A stretch of DNA of 40,931 bases from Oscillospiraceae bacterium. GTDB taxonomy: Bacteria; Bacillota; Clostridia; Saccharofermentanales; Saccharofermentanaceae. The translations under genes were made by a program, and so were the position numbers. Below the pieces are notes generated by a model, which was given only the letters and a program-made list of their open reading frames with translations, was not told the DNA's origin and made no database searches. This document shows, one piece after another, positions 1 through 10,500 of this stretch (position 1 is its first letter; each line of letters begins with the position of its first letter). Location: contig CADCQX010000417.1 of NCBI GenBank assembly GCA_902803695.1, positions 1 through 40,931 of the forward strand. The letters are read 5' to 3'.

Positions 1-2508
1 ACAAGTTCCTATTCTCCGAAGCCTACAGCATCGACAACATATTGTTGTGATGTAACAGACGGATACAACACTAAGACTTTCACTTTTGATATAAATGTAA
101 GTACAGCAGCGTTGATCAACAATTCTGATAATAGTGATCAGATCCTTACTAAAGGTGGAAGTGTTACACTTGTCACGGATATTAAGTCGAATTCTTCGTC
201 TTCTTCTATCCAATACAAATGGCAGGAATTGAAGGATGGCACATATGTGGATATAGAAGGAGCTACAGGTTCTTCTCATATCGTTAAGGGAATTACTAAG
301 ACCACAACATATAAGTGTGTGGCCGAGGATAATTATCATAATACTGTAACTACTGTATTCAACGTTATTGTTCCAACTATCAATCTTGAGAAGACAAGTT
401 ACACGATCAAGATTGGTAAAGGAGTAACATTTACTCTTGACACAAACGCATCAAGTAGCGTTTCCGGTGCTAAATTGTCTTATAGCTGGAAGAGAGGAAG
501 CAGTCTTCTTAATAATGCTACCGGATCTTCTTACTCCGGTTCTGAGACAAGTAATGTGAAGTATACCTGCGTTGTTTCAGATGAATATGGATACAGTAAG
601 ACGATTACATATTCGATAACTATATACACTTTGACGGCGACACAGTCTTCTTCATCACTTTCTATATATAAGGGTGAAACAGCAGCTATGTCTGTAACAG
701 CATCCACAACGCCAAGTGCAACGGTATATTACAAGTGGTATGAAGAAGGAAAGCCTAACAATACGTTGTCCGATACAGCTTCCTGTAGTTTGAAGCCAAG
801 TGCAACAACGAAGTATTATTGTGAAGTAAGTGATGCTTATCAAAACAAGACAACCTTGGAGTTTAACGTTACAGTACTTAATTCAGTTCTTGAGGATCGT
901 ACTTCTCAGAAGAACTTCACCAAGAAAAAGGGCGATAGCGTCACATTGACAACAGATGTTTATAGTAATTCCGGTTCTGTTACATATAAGTGGCAGATGT
1001 TGAATTCAAGCGGAAAGTATGAGGATATTTCTTCTGCAACATCATCCTCTTATACTACTAAGGTATATAGCACAGGTTCATTCCGATGTGTTGCAAAGGA
1101 TAAGTACGGAAACTCTTTGAATATTGATTTTAAAGTAACTGTACCTACTCTTAAGAAGGGCTCTAACAATACGACTGTTACTGTTAAACAGGGTGGAAGC
1201 TTCACATTGAAAGCTAATGCTGAAAGCAGTAATGGAAGTCAGTTGTATTATGTCTGGACAGAAGGATCAAGTTCCGCAAATATTGGTAGTGGTTCAAGTT
1301 ATACATCGACAGGTAAATCAAACACAACATATAAGTGTACCGTCACCGATGATTACGGTAACTCTCTGACAATAGAGTACAAGGTTACTGTTGTATCTTT
1401 GACTACAAGTGGAAACGGTCCGACTTTCAATATTAAGAGTGGAGAATCTGCTACATTGAAAGTTACTGCCAGCACAACTTCAAGCAACGCGATAACCTAC
1501 AAGTGGTACCAGACAGTCGGCGGAAAAGAGACCGCTATCTCAGGTGCTACATCTGCAAGTTATGTTGCAAAACCAAGCAGCAGCACGAAGTATCGTTGTG
1601 AAGTAAGTGATAAGCTCAATAAAAAGAGCGTAAACTTCACGGTAAATGTTTCAACACCTACTCCTACTGCTAAGCCAACTGCTAAGCCTACGGCAACATC
1701 TACGCCGAAGCCGACAGCAAAGCCATCTGCTAAGCCTACAGCTACTCCAACCGTAGATCCTAAGTCGGATATCAGAGGTTTTGTTGAAAGACTTTATAAC
1801 AACGTACTTAACAGAGCATCAGAGCCGGGCGGAATTGATTTCTGGACAGACGAGCTCTATACGTATAAGGAAACTGGCGCACAGGTAGCCGTCGGATTTA
1901 TCAGCAGCAAAGAGTTTAAGGACAGAAATACAAGCGATTCAGATTTTATAGATATTCTTTATCGCACATTCTTTGACCGTGAACCTGAAGCAGGCGGAAA
2001 GAACTTTTGGATGAATCAGCTTAAGAGCGGAGCAATGACACGTGATGAAGTTGCGATGGGATTCATCGATTCTCAGGAGTGGGCTGATACTTGTGCAAGG
2101 TATGGAATACGTTCAGGTGGTTCCTTTAAGTCCAAGGTAACCATCCAGCCGTCTTCTCTTACACTGGCATTTGTTGAAAGAATGTACACAACCGCTCTCG
2201 GAAGAGATTACGATACAGCAGGAAGAGACTTCTGGGCAAAGCCTCTGGCTAATTTCGAAATGACGGGTGAGCAAGTAGGTGTAAGTTTCTTTAACAGTGC
2301 TGAGATGAAGGGATACAACTTAAGCGATTCTGAGTATATCGAAAGATTGTATCTGACATTTATGGACAGACCTTCTGATTCAGGTGGTAAGAATTTCTGG
2401 CTTAATTTCCTTAAGGAAGGACATTCCAGAGAGGAACTCGTTCTTGGATTTACCAGAAGTGAGGAATTCGTAAATAAGTGTATCGAGGCAAGAATACTGC
2501 CTTACTAA
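1..2508 (+). CDS. Surface protein, 5'-truncated by the window edge: at least 6.5 Ig-like repeats, Thr/Pro/Lys linker and C-terminal DUF4214-like module
   Basis: Frame +1 is open from base 1 (TSSYSPKPTASTTYCCDVTDGY...). ~85-aa repeats carry 'YKW...I.GAT.SS...Y.C.V.D.Y'. PTAKPT linker at ~1651-1752. C-terminus has four 'LY...(L/F).R.....G..(F/Y)W...L' units. Confidence 0.85.
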   Translation, partial: TSSYSPKPTASTTYCCDVTDGYNTKTFTFDINVSTAALINNSDNSDQILTKGGSVTLVTDIKSNSSSSSIQYKWQELKDGTYVDIEGATGSSHIVKGITKTTTYKCVAEDNYHNTVTTVFNVIVPTINLEKTSYTIKIGKGVTFTLDTNASSSVSGAKLSYSWKRGSSLLNNATGSSYSGSETSNVKYTCVVSDEYGYSKTITYSITIYTLTATQSSSSLSIYKGETAAMSVTASTTPSATVYYKWYEEGKPNNTLSDTASCSLKPSATTKYYCEVSDAYQNKTTLEFNVTVLNSVLEDRTSQKNFTKKKGDSVTLTTDVYSNSGSVTYKWQMLNSSGKYEDISSATSSSYTTKVYSTGSFRCVAKDKYGNSLNIDFKVTVPTLKKGSNNTTVTVKQGGSFTLKANAESSNGSQLYYVWTEGSSSANIGSGSSYTSTGKSNTTYKCTVTDDYGNSLTIEYKVTVVSLTTSGNGPTFNIKSGESATLKVTASTTSSNAITYKWYQTVGGKETAISGATSASYVAKPSSSTKYRCEVSDKLNKKSVNFTVNVSTPTPTAKPTAKPTATSTPKPTAKPSAKPTATPTVDPKSDIRGFVERLYNNVLNRASEPGGIDFWTDELYTYKETGAQVAVGFISSKEFKDRNTSDSDFIDILYRTFFDREPEAGGKNFWMNQLKSGAMTRDEVAMGFIDSQEWADTCARYGIRSGGSFKSKVTIQPSSLTLAFVERMYTTALGRDYDTAGRDFWAKPLANFEMTGEQVGVSFFNSAEMKGYNLSDSEYIERLYLTFMDRPSDSGGKNFWLNFLKEGHSREELVLGFTRSEEFVNKCIEARILPY

Positions 2509-2534
2509 TTTGAAGATATTTGGAGGAGATTTTT

Positions 2535-4388
2535 TTGAAACACAGTATCTTAGACAGAACCAGATTTATATCTTTGGTTCTAACTATCATGATCGTATTA
2601 AGTATTGTTGCAGTTCCGGTTTCGGCCGGAACGCAACTCACGGTCACCTTTGATATCAAACATGACCAGGTAGAAGCCCGAAAGATGTTGGATATGATCA
2701 ATAACATTCGACTTAATGATGCTTGGTTATGGAAATCCGAAGACGGAGATGAAAAGATCCAGATAACGGGATTAAGTAAACTTACTTATGACTATACTTT
2801 GGAAAAGATAGCGATCCAAAGAGCTGAGGAACTCGGAAAACACTATGAATGTGGTGTGCGTCCTGATGGTTCTGATTTCTCGAAACTCGAGATCAATGAT
2901 GTTAATTCATTTTGCGAATGTATCTGCTCAAATGTTCAAAGTGTAAATGCCGCATTCGCGGAATTCGAAGAGAAGAACGAGCCAAATCATTGGCAGGATA
3001 ACAGAGAGGCACTCTTGAGCAGAGATTATAGCGCTATAGCTATAGCTCATGTTAAGTTCGGAGCAAAAGATTTTTGGGTGTTGGAATTTGGTAAGACCAA
3101 CAGCGGAGCAGCCAAAACAACTGCAAGAACAGATACTACCAAGGAAACAATGACCTTTGACAGTAGTGACATCACCTTTAAAACAAGGATCAATGATGGT
3201 GAGAAGATCTCGCTGAAAGTAGGAGAGAATCAGGATATTCCTTCGTTCGAGCTATATATTGTTTACGGCAAAAAGAACAGTATCAGCATTCCGGGTTCGG
3301 AATGCAGTTGTTCCTGGTCAAGCGGAGACACTGATTACCTCAAGGTTGAAGGCGGAAAACTTATTCCTTTAAAGGTAAAGGCAAATGCCAAACTGATCGT
3401 TAACGGAACATATCAAGGTGTAAGTTTTAAAGGAAGCACTTATGTTACTGTCAATCAAGGTTCCGGTTCGTCAGGTTCTTCAGGATCTTCTACACCGGCA
3501 CCTGCAACAGGCACTCCTACACCGGGTTCTTCTTCAGGTTCCGGATCTTCTTCCGGAGGATCATCATCCGGCGGTTCTTCTTCAGGATCTTCCTCGACAC
3601 CTAAACCTGCTACTCCGACAGTAGTCGTAACTCAGGATGATCCATCGGCTGATGCAATTACTAATTTTGTAAGAAGAGTTTACAGAAGTGTCCTCGGAAG
3701 AGAAGGTGAAGAAGAGGGCGTTAACTACTGGATCAACGCTCTTTACAACTATCAGGTATCAGGTGCCGATCTTGCGATGCAGTTTGTAACCAGTAAGGAA
3801 TACAAAGACAAGGGCACGAGTAATGATGAGTTTGTTGAGATGCTCTACAGTGCATTTTTCGGAAGGGCTTCTGATACGGACGGAAAGAATTACTGGCTTT
3901 CACAGTTGAGTGCTGGTGTTTCCAGGGAAGAGGTCGCAAACGGTTTCGTTAATTCCAAAGAATGGGCTAATACCTGTGCTGAATACGGAATCAGATCCGG
4001 TGGAACACAAAAGCCGACCGTTAACATCAATCCGACTGAAGATACTTATGCTTTTGTTGAGAGAATGTACACAAAGGCTTTCAAGCGTTCATCTGACAGC
4101 GGCGGATTGGAGTATTGGGCAGGACTTCTTGCTAATTACACCACAACCGGTGAAGCAGTAGCACTTGAGTTCTTCATGAGTCCTGAGATGGAAAGTTACA
4201 ACTTGAGTGACGAGGAATTCCTCGAGAGACTTTATCTGACATTCATGGATCGTGAATCCGAAGCTGACGGCAGAGCATTCTGGCTCAATGAGATGAAGAC
4301 GATGAGCAGAAGAGAAGTAGTTCAATGTTTTGCGAAGAGTGAAGAATTCAGGCTCAAATGCATAAAGGCAAGAATACTTCCTTGCTAA
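2535..4388 (+). CDS. Secreted protein: degenerate CAP/SCP domain, Ig-like domain, Gly/Ser/Thr/Pro linker and DUF4214-like module
   Basis: GGAGG at 2522-2526 fits a TTG start at 2535, followed by a signal peptide (..LSIVAVPVSA). CAP-like motifs 'LEKIAIQRAEEL..RPDG' and 'FWVLEFG'. C-terminal module is homologous to those of the neighbours. Confidence 0.82.
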   Translation: MKHSILDRTRFISLVLTIMIVLSIVAVPVSAGTQLTVTFDIKHDQVEARKMLDMINNIRLNDAWLWKSEDGDEKIQITGLSKLTYDYTLEKIAIQRAEELGKHYECGVRPDGSDFSKLEINDVNSFCECICSNVQSVNAAFAEFEEKNEPNHWQDNREALLSRDYSAIAIAHVKFGAKDFWVLEFGKTNSGAAKTTARTDTTKETMTFDSSDITFKTRINDGEKISLKVGENQDIPSFELYIVYGKKNSISIPGSECSCSWSSGDTDYLKVEGGKLIPLKVKANAKLIVNGTYQGVSFKGSTYVTVNQGSGSSGSSGSSTPAPATGTPTPGSSSGSGSSSGGSSSGGSSSGSSSTPKPATPTVVVTQDDPSADAITNFVRRVYRSVLGREGEEEGVNYWINALYNYQVSGADLAMQFVTSKEYKDKGTSNDEFVEMLYSAFFGRASDTDGKNYWLSQLSAGVSREEVANGFVNSKEWANTCAEYGIRSGGTQKPTVNINPTEDTYAFVERMYTKAFKRSSDSGGLEYWAGLLANYTTTGEAVALEFFMSPEMESYNLSDEEFLERLYLTFMDRESEADGRAFWLNEMKTMSRREVVQCFAKSEEFRLKCIKARILPC

Positions 4389-4400
4389 AGAAGAGATTAC

Positions 4401-4428
4401 AGGCCCTCCTCATGAAGGAGGGCTTTTT
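4401..4428 (+). terminator. Intrinsic terminator
   Basis: AGGCCCTCCT-catga-AGGAGGGCTT followed by a T-run, just after the stop at 4388. Confidence 0.85.
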
Positions 4429-4491
4429 CGTGCAGTAAGATTAATATTTTGTAACAAATAGGTTGTCTCGTTTATTTCGAATGTCCGAGGG

Positions 4492-4500
4492 TGATATAAT
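4492..4500 (+). promoter_or_regulatory. Extended -10 promoter (TGaTATAAT)
   Basis: Perfect TGnTATAAT ~35 nt upstream of the ATG at 4535 (GGAGG at 4523) and downstream of the terminator. Confidence 0.6.
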
Positions 4501-4534
4501 ACTATTGCCATTTTGTGAGTTTGGAGGGGGCCAA

Positions 4535-7500
4535 ATGGGGAGACGTTTGATCAGCCCTAGATATCTTGTTTTGGTGCTTACAACGGCTTTGTTGCTGGGG
4601 TTTTACTCTGCTGACATAAAAGCTGCTGCTACCCTCACATGCACAGTTACCGGTTTATACGATCAGGTACAAGCCAGAGCCTGTTATCAGTTGATAAGGA
4701 ATTGGCGTAACAACGGCGGTGATACAAGATGGTATTGGAATGATGATGATACGACCAAAACTTACGTTACAAATCTCAAAGATATAAAGTACAGTTACAA
4801 TCTTGAACAGATCGCTATGCAAAGAGCTATCGAATATACGGTAGCCAACGGTCATACCAGACCAAACGGAAAATCTTTTTCTGATTTTACATATGGTGGC
4901 ACCCAGTCGTATGGCGAGTGTCTTTTTAGAGGTACGGCGGGGTATTATGATGCTCAAGATGTTTTTGAGTACTGGCAGGAAGAATTTGATATATATGGAA
5001 ATCCAATCTATTCCGGAGGACAAGGTCACAGAAGATGCATGCTCAACCCGGACTATAACCTGATCGGACTCGCGTGTGTAACGGTCAACGGGTATGATTA
5101 CTGGGCTCTGGAGATGGGCCTTGAATGTGATACGGGTTCGGTCGGAACATCTGTAAGTCCTTATGTGGGCTCTCTGACTAAGAGTTTTGATATCAATTTG
5201 GATAAGGTATCGCTCGAAGCGGTATTGTCCATAAATGATTATTCGAACGAACATGTGATGACATGTTATCTTGATACTCCGTCTTATGATCTCCCTGGCG
5301 TTATTGTAGGTGTAAAGAAGAAGAATCAGATTGCATCGAACGGAGCGCCTCTGAACAGTTCCCAATATGAACTTACCTGGACTTCGGGAAACAACTCGAT
5401 AGCAAAGATTGAGAACGGCAAGCTCGTTCCCGTTAAGGACGGCTCCGTAACCATAAGCTGCGTTGCCAAGGTTGCAGGAGATATAACTTCAAATGTTGCT
5501 ACTTTTACGGCAAAGATAGAGAAGAGATCGATCACTACGGCTACTGTTGTCGATATAGCGGACAAGACATATACGGGTAGTGAGATACTTCCTGAGCCTA
5601 CCGTTAAGATGGGCAGTGTCACGCTTGTTAAGGATACTGACTATCATTTGACTTATAGTGAGAATGTTGATGTGGGCGAGAATGCCACGGTCATCATCAA
5701 AGGTAAGGGTAAATACAAGGATCAGATAACTGCATCATTTAAGATCGTTCCGAGAGATCTGTCGGAGACGACGGCAAATGATATAGCGGCGGTTGTTTTC
5801 GATAATGAGTATCATCAGCCATCGATCATACTGACATATAACGGAATTGTTCTGGGTTCGGGCGATTACTCAAAGTCTAGTTCACTCTTTAAAGATGTGG
5901 GTGATTACCAGATCACGCTTGAAGGTAAGGGCAATTTCTGCGGCAGCAAGACGGTGGATTTCAGTATTACGCCGAGAGATATCGCGAACTGCACGGCGGA
6001 GGAGATCGAGGATCAGACATATACGGGTGAAGCGATCACTCCTTATGTCGATGTCTATGACGGAGAAGATATACTCGATGAGTCCAGTTATGATGTTTCC
6101 TATTCGGCAAACATCGTTCCTTCGGAAGTTACTGTGACGATCACGGGTAAGGGGAATTACACCGGAACGTTGACTACAACGTTTAATATTTTGAGAAAAG
6201 ATATCTCGACTGTCGATATCGATTATGAGACCGAATTTACTTATAGCGAAGGCGATCAGATAAGTCCTAATGTCTTGCTGTTCTTTAACGGAAATGCGCT
6301 TCGCGAGAATGTTGATTATGAATTGGTATATCCTGAGAACATCAATGTCGGTGAAGGCCAGATAATCGTTCGCGGTATCGGATTCTTCTGCGAAGAGAAG
6401 CTCCTGACGTTTGATATCGTTCCTAAGGACATGTCGGGATTTACCTGCGAACCTATCGATCCTGTTACATATACCGGAAGCGAACTGGAGCCTGAGATCG
6501 TTATCAACGGCACTAAGGAGACGCTCGAGAAAGATAAGGATTACGATGTCGAATTCGAAGACAATATCGATAAGGGAACAGCTACTGCAACCATAACAGG
6601 TAAGGGCAATTACACCGGAACGCTGACATGTACTTTCGAGATCGTCGAGAAGGATATCGCAGTATGCGGCTCTTATCCGGTTGAAGATCAGGTCTACGTG
6701 AATGCACAGATCAAACCTGAAGTGACTGTCACTGATGGTGAGACGATCCTTGTTGAAGATACTGACTACACCCTGGAGTACGGCGAAAACATCAATGCCG
6801 GCAGCGGATCCGTTACGGTCAAAGGTATGGGCAACTACACGGGCGAGCTCGTAATATCCTTCAATATCCTTTCCCGTTCTATCGAAAACGCTGTCATCCC
6901 GGAAATTGCTGACGTTACTTATAACGGCGAGCAGCATGCTCCGTCTGTTACCATTACTGATGGTGAAATGATCCTTCTCGAAAACACTGATTACGAGATC
7001 ACATACGGCGAGAATACCGAAAGCGGTGAAGGAACTGTCGTTATCAAGGGAATCGGAAATTACTATTCCGAGGTAACTGTCACGTTCAATATCCAGCCTA
7101 AGAATATAAATGACACTTCCATCTCCGATATCGATTCGCAGATCATAACTGGTCAGCCTATCGAGCCTGCTGTCACGATCCTTGACGGATCCAAGGTATT
7201 GGAGAAAGGAACAGACTACGAGATCATCTACGAAAACAATTCCGAGCTCGGAACAGCTACGGTTATTATCGAAGGAACCGGAAATTATTCGGGTTCTGTA
7301 GAGAAGACATTCCAGATCTGTGCCAAGGATCTTTCCAATCTCACGGTAGATCCTGTTCCTGCACAGAAGTACACCGAAGGCGAGCCGGTATGTCCTGAGA
7401 TCGTCATCAGGAACGGCGAGTATATCCTCGTTAAGGGTGAGGATTATGAGGTTACATACGATCAGAACAACGCGATCGGAACTGCAACGGCTACCGTTAA

Positions 7501-10500
7501 CGGTATCGGCGATTATGCAGGCGAGATCGTAATCGAATTTACTATTGCTAAGGATACGGTCTACGATCTGACTGTCGAGAACATCGATCCGATAGTCTAT
7601 TCTGGTCTTGAACTGACACCTGATCCGGTCGTCTCCGACGGTGAACTTATCCTTACACGCGATACGGATTACGAACTTACCTATTCACAGAATACAAATG
7701 CCGGAACGGCAAAGATACTTCTCAAAGGTATCAACGATTATGCAGGCGAGATGGAACTGACATTCGAGATCGTTCCTGTCGATATTGAAGACCTGACAGT
7801 TTCCGGCATCGCAGATGAGACCGGATATACGGGTGAGAGCAGGACCATCGCTCCTGTCTTTACCTTCGGATCTTATGAACTTCAGATCGGAACGGATTAC
7901 CTCATAACTTATGAGGATAACATAGATGCCGGAACCGCTTCCTACACCATAAGCGGTATCGGTAACTTCACCGGAAGCATAAACGGAACATTCGAGATCA
8001 CTTCAATGAGTATCGATGCTCTGACCTTTGAAGAGATCGAGTCACAGGTATATACAGGTTCTGCACTCGAACCTTCGGTCGTTATCAAGAACGGTGAGAT
8101 CATACTCGATCCGGAAACTGATTATGAGATCATCTGCGAGGACGCAGTCGATGCAGGAACACATCAGGTTACGGTAAACGGAACCGGAAACTACAGCGGA
8201 ACAAAGACTCTCGATTTCGTAATTAGTGCCAAAGATATTTCCGATCTTGAAGCTTCGGAGATAGCCGACGTTACTTATACCGGTTCAGAGATCAAGCCTG
8301 AACCTGTCATCAAGTACGGTGAATTGACACTGGCAGCTGAGGATTATGATCTTACCTATAGCGAGAATGTAAATGCCGGAACAGCATCAGTTCTTATCGA
8401 GGGTAAGGGAAACTACAGCGGATCCATGACGCTCGGATTCACAATTACTCCTGCCGATATTTCAGATTTTGACGTAACGGGTCTTTCCGAGAAGACTTAC
8501 ACCGGAATGCCTCTCATGTGTGAGATAGAAGTTTCCAAGGACGGACTGGTCCTTGATCCTTCAGCGGACTATTCCGTTTCTTATAAGAACAATACCGATG
8601 CGGGAACTGCAGAAGTTACGATAACAGGAAGCGGAAACTACACGGGTTCCATCGATAAGACATTCAATATCACGGCGATGAGCATCGAGGGCATGACAGT
8701 CGAGGCGATCCCTGATGTGACTTATACGGGTTCTCCGGTAACTCCTGATGTCGTTATCAAGGACGGTGAGAAAGAACTTAACAGCGAGACGGACATCACC
8801 GTCAGCTGCAGCGATAATATCAATGTCGGCGAGGCTTCGGTGATCATCGAGGGCGCAGGAAACTACTGCGGTTTCCTGAATTCCACATTCAATATCGTTC
8901 CGAAAGACGGTTCAGCTCTTACGGTCGAGCCTGTTGAAGATGTTGTCTACACCGGCGAAGCTCTCGAGCCTTCGGTCGTTATCAAGGACGGAGAAGTTAC
9001 TTTGAGTGAGGATCAGTACGACCTTACATACTCGAATAACATCGCAAAGGGCGAAGGTTCGATCCTGATAACATACAAGGGCAATTACACGGGAACAGAA
9101 AATGCTACGTTCAACATCGTAAGTAAGACGGTGGACGGACTTACGATCAATGACATTCCGGATGCGGAATATACGGGATCTCCTATCTATCCGACGGTTA
9201 CCGTATATGACGGCGAGGCCGTGGTTTCCGCGGATGACTATAAGATCTATTTTTCGAGCAATACAAATGCAGGTGATGCAACTATAAGAATCGAGGGTCA
9301 GAATAACTATTCCGGCTCCAAGAACTTTACCTTCAAGATCAATGCCAAGGATATCTCCGGTTTTGAGCTGAGCGGCATCACAAGCGAGATGACATTTACA
9401 GGTTCCGAGATCACTCAGAACGTGGTCGTAAGTGACGGCAACACAGACCTCGGAGCTTCCGACTATGATGTTTCCTACTCGAACAATATCAATGCCGGCG
9501 AGGCAAAGGTAACCGTTGAAGGTAAGGGCAACTACAAAGGTAAGATCGAAGCGGCATTTACCATTATGCAGAAAGACTTCGGTTCGGTATCTGTCGATTC
9601 CATTCCGGATCAGGCTTATACCGGAAGCTACATAAGCCCTGAGATCGTCGTAAAGGACGGCGACAGGACTTTGGTCGAAGGCACGGACTACAAAGTTTCT
9701 TTCAGCGACAACAAGGCGATCGGCGAAGGAGTCATCACCGTAACGGGTCTCGGCAACTACGACGGTATGAAGACCGTAACTTTCAATATCGTTAAGAAGA
9801 AGGTATCGGCGCTCAACATAAGTTCGATCTCTTCACAGACATACACGGGCAAGGCCATTACTCCTAAGGTAACGGTCAAGAACGGCACAGTCACTTTGAA
9901 GGAGGGAACGGATTATACGATCTCCTATTCAAACAACGTGAATGCGGGTACCGCTACCGTAACGATCAATGGCAAGGGTAATTACTCAGGATCCAAGTCC
10001 GTATCCTTTACGATCTCGAAAAAGAGCGTTTCCGGCTTCACGGTCAGCTCCGTTTCCGCCCAGGAATACACTGGCAAGGCGATCACTCCTAAGCCGACAG
10101 TCAAGGACGGCAGCAAGACGCTTAAGGAAGGCACGGACTATAAGCTCTCATATAAGAACAATACCAACTCCGGAACCGCAACGATCACCATTACGGGTGC
10201 CGGAAACTATAGCGGAACCAAGGACGTAACATTTACCATCAAGGCTAAGCCTACGCCTGCGCCGACAGCAAAACCGACAGTTACTTCGACTCCAAAGCCG
10301 ACGGTTACTCCGACACCGACAGCGAATCCGACTCCTACAGTTGCTCCTACACCGACCGAAGCACCTAAGGATGCCAAGTCCGATATCAGAGGATTTGTAG
10401 AGAGACTTTACAACTGCGTTCTCGGAAGAGCTTCAGAGCCTGGCGGAATCGACTACTGGACTGACGAACTCTACGAATTTAAGCAGACGGGTGCGCAGGT

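Noticed and set aside
4463-4534. ORF-track N-terminal extensions (4463, 2520, 12280, 23468, 23546, 32694, 37243, 39689)
   Set aside because: RBS position, signal peptides or stop-start overlaps favour the downstream starts reported.
5882-6937. 351-aa minus-strand ORF, and similar ones at 4655-5365, 11690-12325, 14596-15252 and 35799-36608
   Set aside because: Antisense shadows of strongly codon-biased + strand genes, with no recognisable motifs.
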